The position numbers and the translations under genes are program-made. A stretch of DNA of 64,000 nt from a virus (taxonomy: Duplodnaviria > Caudoviricetes). The stretch lies in the IMG/VR virus record IMGVR_UViG_3300025133_000020; one strand, 5' to 3'. This document shows, piece after piece, positions 62,512 through 64,000 of this stretch; within the stretch, counting starts at the first letter, position 1, and each line of letters begins with the position of its first letter. The notes under the pieces are model-generated. The model was not told where the DNA came from. It saw nothing but the letters and a program-made list of their open reading frames with translations, and did no database searches.

Positions 62512-62591
62512 GGCAATATGGTGGAATGGTAGACACGCCACAAAGATGGTGGGGGTTGCTCCCCGTAAAGGTTCGAATCCTTTTATTGTCA
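62512..62591 (+). tRNA. Leu-body tRNA with non-canonical anticodon loop
   Basis: GTGGAATGGTAGACAC D arm, variable arm, A73; loop AAAGATG, no U33. Confidence 0.55.
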
Positions 62592-62599
62592 TAAAATAT

Positions 62600-62671
62600 G
62601 TCCCTATGGCGTAACGGCAAGCGTATCGTTTTTACATGGCGAAGGAGATAGTTCGATTCTATCTGGGGATA
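62600..62671 (+). tRNA. tRNA-Val(TAC)
   Basis: Cloverleaf with loop TTTACAT. Confidence 0.8.
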
Positions 62672-62681
62672 CTGGTCACAT

Positions 62682-62763
62682 GGGGATGTGGTGGAATTGG
62701 TAGACACGGTAGGTTTAGGACCTACTGCCGCAAGGCGTGAGGGTTCGAGTCCCTCCATCCCTA
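62682..62763 (+). tRNA. tRNA-Leu(TAG), class II
   Basis: Canonical, with long variable arm. Confidence 0.92.
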
Positions 62764-62771
62764 CAACATAT

Positions 62772-62848
62772 GCCGCAGTGACGGAAACTGGCAAAGCCTA
62801 ATAGTTTTAGAAACTATTGATGTGTGGGTTCGACTCCCACCTGCGGTA
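62772..62848 (+). tRNA. tRNA-Leu(TAG), short variable loop
   Basis: ATAGT-TTTAGAA-ACTAT; 6-nt variable region. Confidence 0.8.
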
Positions 62849-62866
62849 CCTTGAACAAAGATTGAA

Positions 62867-63106
62867 ATGATGGATATAAAGAAGGGTGCTTGGGATAATA
62901 TGATTTCAGCGATGGATTTCGAATCTGATGATAAGAATTTCATTCACGATTTCAAGGTGATGACCAAGAAGTATGGACAAGCTTATATTGGTTTTTGCCG
63001 AGCAATGTGGGAAGCGAATGAAGGGGTTCAATCTGAGGAAGAATTTATGAAGATGAACGCTGATATGCCAAAGGCGTTCTTCGAAAAAGCGATTAAGGGG
63101 AAGTGA
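62867..63106 (+). CDS. hypothetical protein
   Basis: Stop codon overlaps the 5' end of the next tRNA. Confidence 0.5.
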   Translation: MMDIKKGAWDNMISAMDFESDDKNFIHDFKVMTKKYGQAYIGFCRAMWEANEGVQSEEEFMKMNADMPKAFFEKAIKGK

Positions 63107-63173
63107 TGGAAACTGGCAAAGCCTCTGTGACTTAAAATCTCAGGATGTGAGGGTTCGAATCCCTTCTTCCCTA
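63097..63173 (+). tRNA. tRNA-Leu(TAA), short variable loop
   Basis: Same D loop GGAAACTGGCAAAGCCT and GGATGT variable region. Confidence 0.8.
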
Positions 63174-63179
63174 CAATAT

Positions 63180-63255
63180 GGGCGAGTGAGGAAACTGGCA
63201 AAGCCTCTTTAACTCAAAATTAAAGGATGTATGGGTTCGAGTCCCATCTCGCCTA
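63180..63255 (+). tRNA. tRNA-Leu(CAA), short variable loop
   Basis: TTTAA-CTCAAAA-TTAAA. Confidence 0.8.
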
Positions 63256-63260
63256 CATAT

Positions 63261-63345
63261 GACGCAGTGGTGGAATTGGAAGACACGAGGGACTTAAAAT
63301 CCCTTTCCCGATAAGGGAGTGTGGGTTCGAGTCCCACCTGCGTTA
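63261..63345 (+). tRNA. tRNA-Leu(TAA), class II
   Basis: Canonical, with long variable arm. Confidence 0.92.
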
Positions 63346-63931
63346 CTTAAATGGTGAACACGATAGAATTTTTTTCGGTAGTGTTTACTTTTTATACTTT
63401 AGGTGTATATTTAATAGTATGAAGTATATACACACTAAAGAACAGATGGGGGATGCAGTGGCTAAATCTAAATCGATAGCTGGCATCTGTAGAGAGTTAG
63501 GTATTAAACCCTGTGGTGGGAATTACAGGACGATACACGATAAACTAGATTTGTGGAATATAGATACTTCCCATTTTACTGGGCAAGCACATAACCAAGG
63601 GGTGGATTTTAAACCATTTGGTAATAAATATGAGCTTGGGGATGTTCTCATTGAGAATTCACCTTATAAGTCTTCTTACCACCTTAAATCTAGGTTATAT
63701 AAGGAAGGGTATAAAGACCCTAAATGTGAGAGGTGTGGTATTAGTAATTGGAATGGTGAATCGATTACGTTTGAGTTAGACCACGTTAATGGTGTTAAGA
63801 GTGACAATAGGATTGAGAACTTAACCATTTTATGTCCTAACTGTCATAGCCAGACACCAACGTTTAGGAATAATAAGCGATAGTTGCCCGTTGAGGGCGT
63901 GTGGGTTCGAGTCCCACCTGCGTTACTTAAA
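63319..63931 (+). repeat. 33-bp direct repeat of the tRNA-Leu 3' half flanking the HNH gene
   Basis: GTGTGGGTTCGAGTCCCACCTGCGTTACTTAAA at 63319-63351 and 63899-63931. Confidence 0.9.
63419..63883 (+). CDS. HNH homing endonuclease
   Basis: CERC..ELDHVNG..DNRIENLTILCPNCHSQT. Confidence 0.88.
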   Translation: MKYIHTKEQMGDAVAKSKSIAGICRELGIKPCGGNYRTIHDKLDLWNIDTSHFTGQAHNQGVDFKPFGNKYELGDVLIENSPYKSSYHLKSRLYKEGYKDPKCERCGISNWNGESITFELDHVNGVKSDNRIENLTILCPNCHSQTPTFRNNKR

Positions 63932-64000
63932 GAATAGAAATGATGAAAGAGAAGATTAAGATTAGTCCGAGAGAGTTCCTAATGAATAGGGATGAAACTG

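Noticed and set aside
40492-62943. ORFs antisense to or overlapping tRNA genes (e.g. 40492-40851, 41488-41960, 43504-43785, 62402-62794)
   Set aside because: They are shadow frames of structured RNAs, with no start context or protein motifs.
31192-63931. Split/trans-spliced tRNAs from the many half-tRNAs (31192, 41650, 43910, 44505, 46179, 63884)
   Set aside because: The acceptor strands of the 5' and 3' fragments are not mutually complementary and no pairing leaders are seen. They are better explained as insertion or deletion scars.
1-64000. Genome-wide TAG recoding (code 15) suggested by the CUA tRNA
   Set aside because: Long genes, including structural ones, read through without in-frame TAG, and TAG ends several genes (sigma factor, 40346, 55736, 63883). 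Only the Pth2-like gene shows an internal TAG.

Overview
A 64 kb segment of a large tailed dsDNA phage. Dozens of TAnnTT(T/C)G promoter boxes point to a Bacteroidota host (inference). From left to right it carries: tail/baseplate genes; RuvC, primase, a PD-(D/E)XK nuclease, an SbcCD-like pair and a sigma70 factor; lysis and membrane genes; a block of probable internal head proteins; dnaJ-clpP-tmRNA; a Pth2-like gene interrupted by an amber codon, near an amber-suppressor tRNA; an operon of tRNA-like and Y-like RNAs; a dNMP kinase and a CCA-adding enzyme; a large tRNA operon (39.2-48.2 kb) with many free-standing homing endonucleases; an RNA-repair/nucleotide-metabolism island; a TROVE/TerD (Rot-like) gene; and a second tRNA operon (Cys/Val/Leu). 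The strongest unexplained signals are four. (1) Two leader-peptide attenuators have codons that match the tRNAs encoded downstream, suggesting a sensor of tRNA depletion. (2) Six or seven tRNAs share a rearranged fold in which the anticodon arm caps the D-stem and the D-loop GG follows it. (3) A four-copy covarying RNA motif links Y-RNA-like genes to the leader of the Rot-like gene. (4) The peptidyl-tRNA hydrolase appears to depend on amber readthrough. All RNA folds were paired by eye and all protein family calls come from motif recognition; no searches were run.
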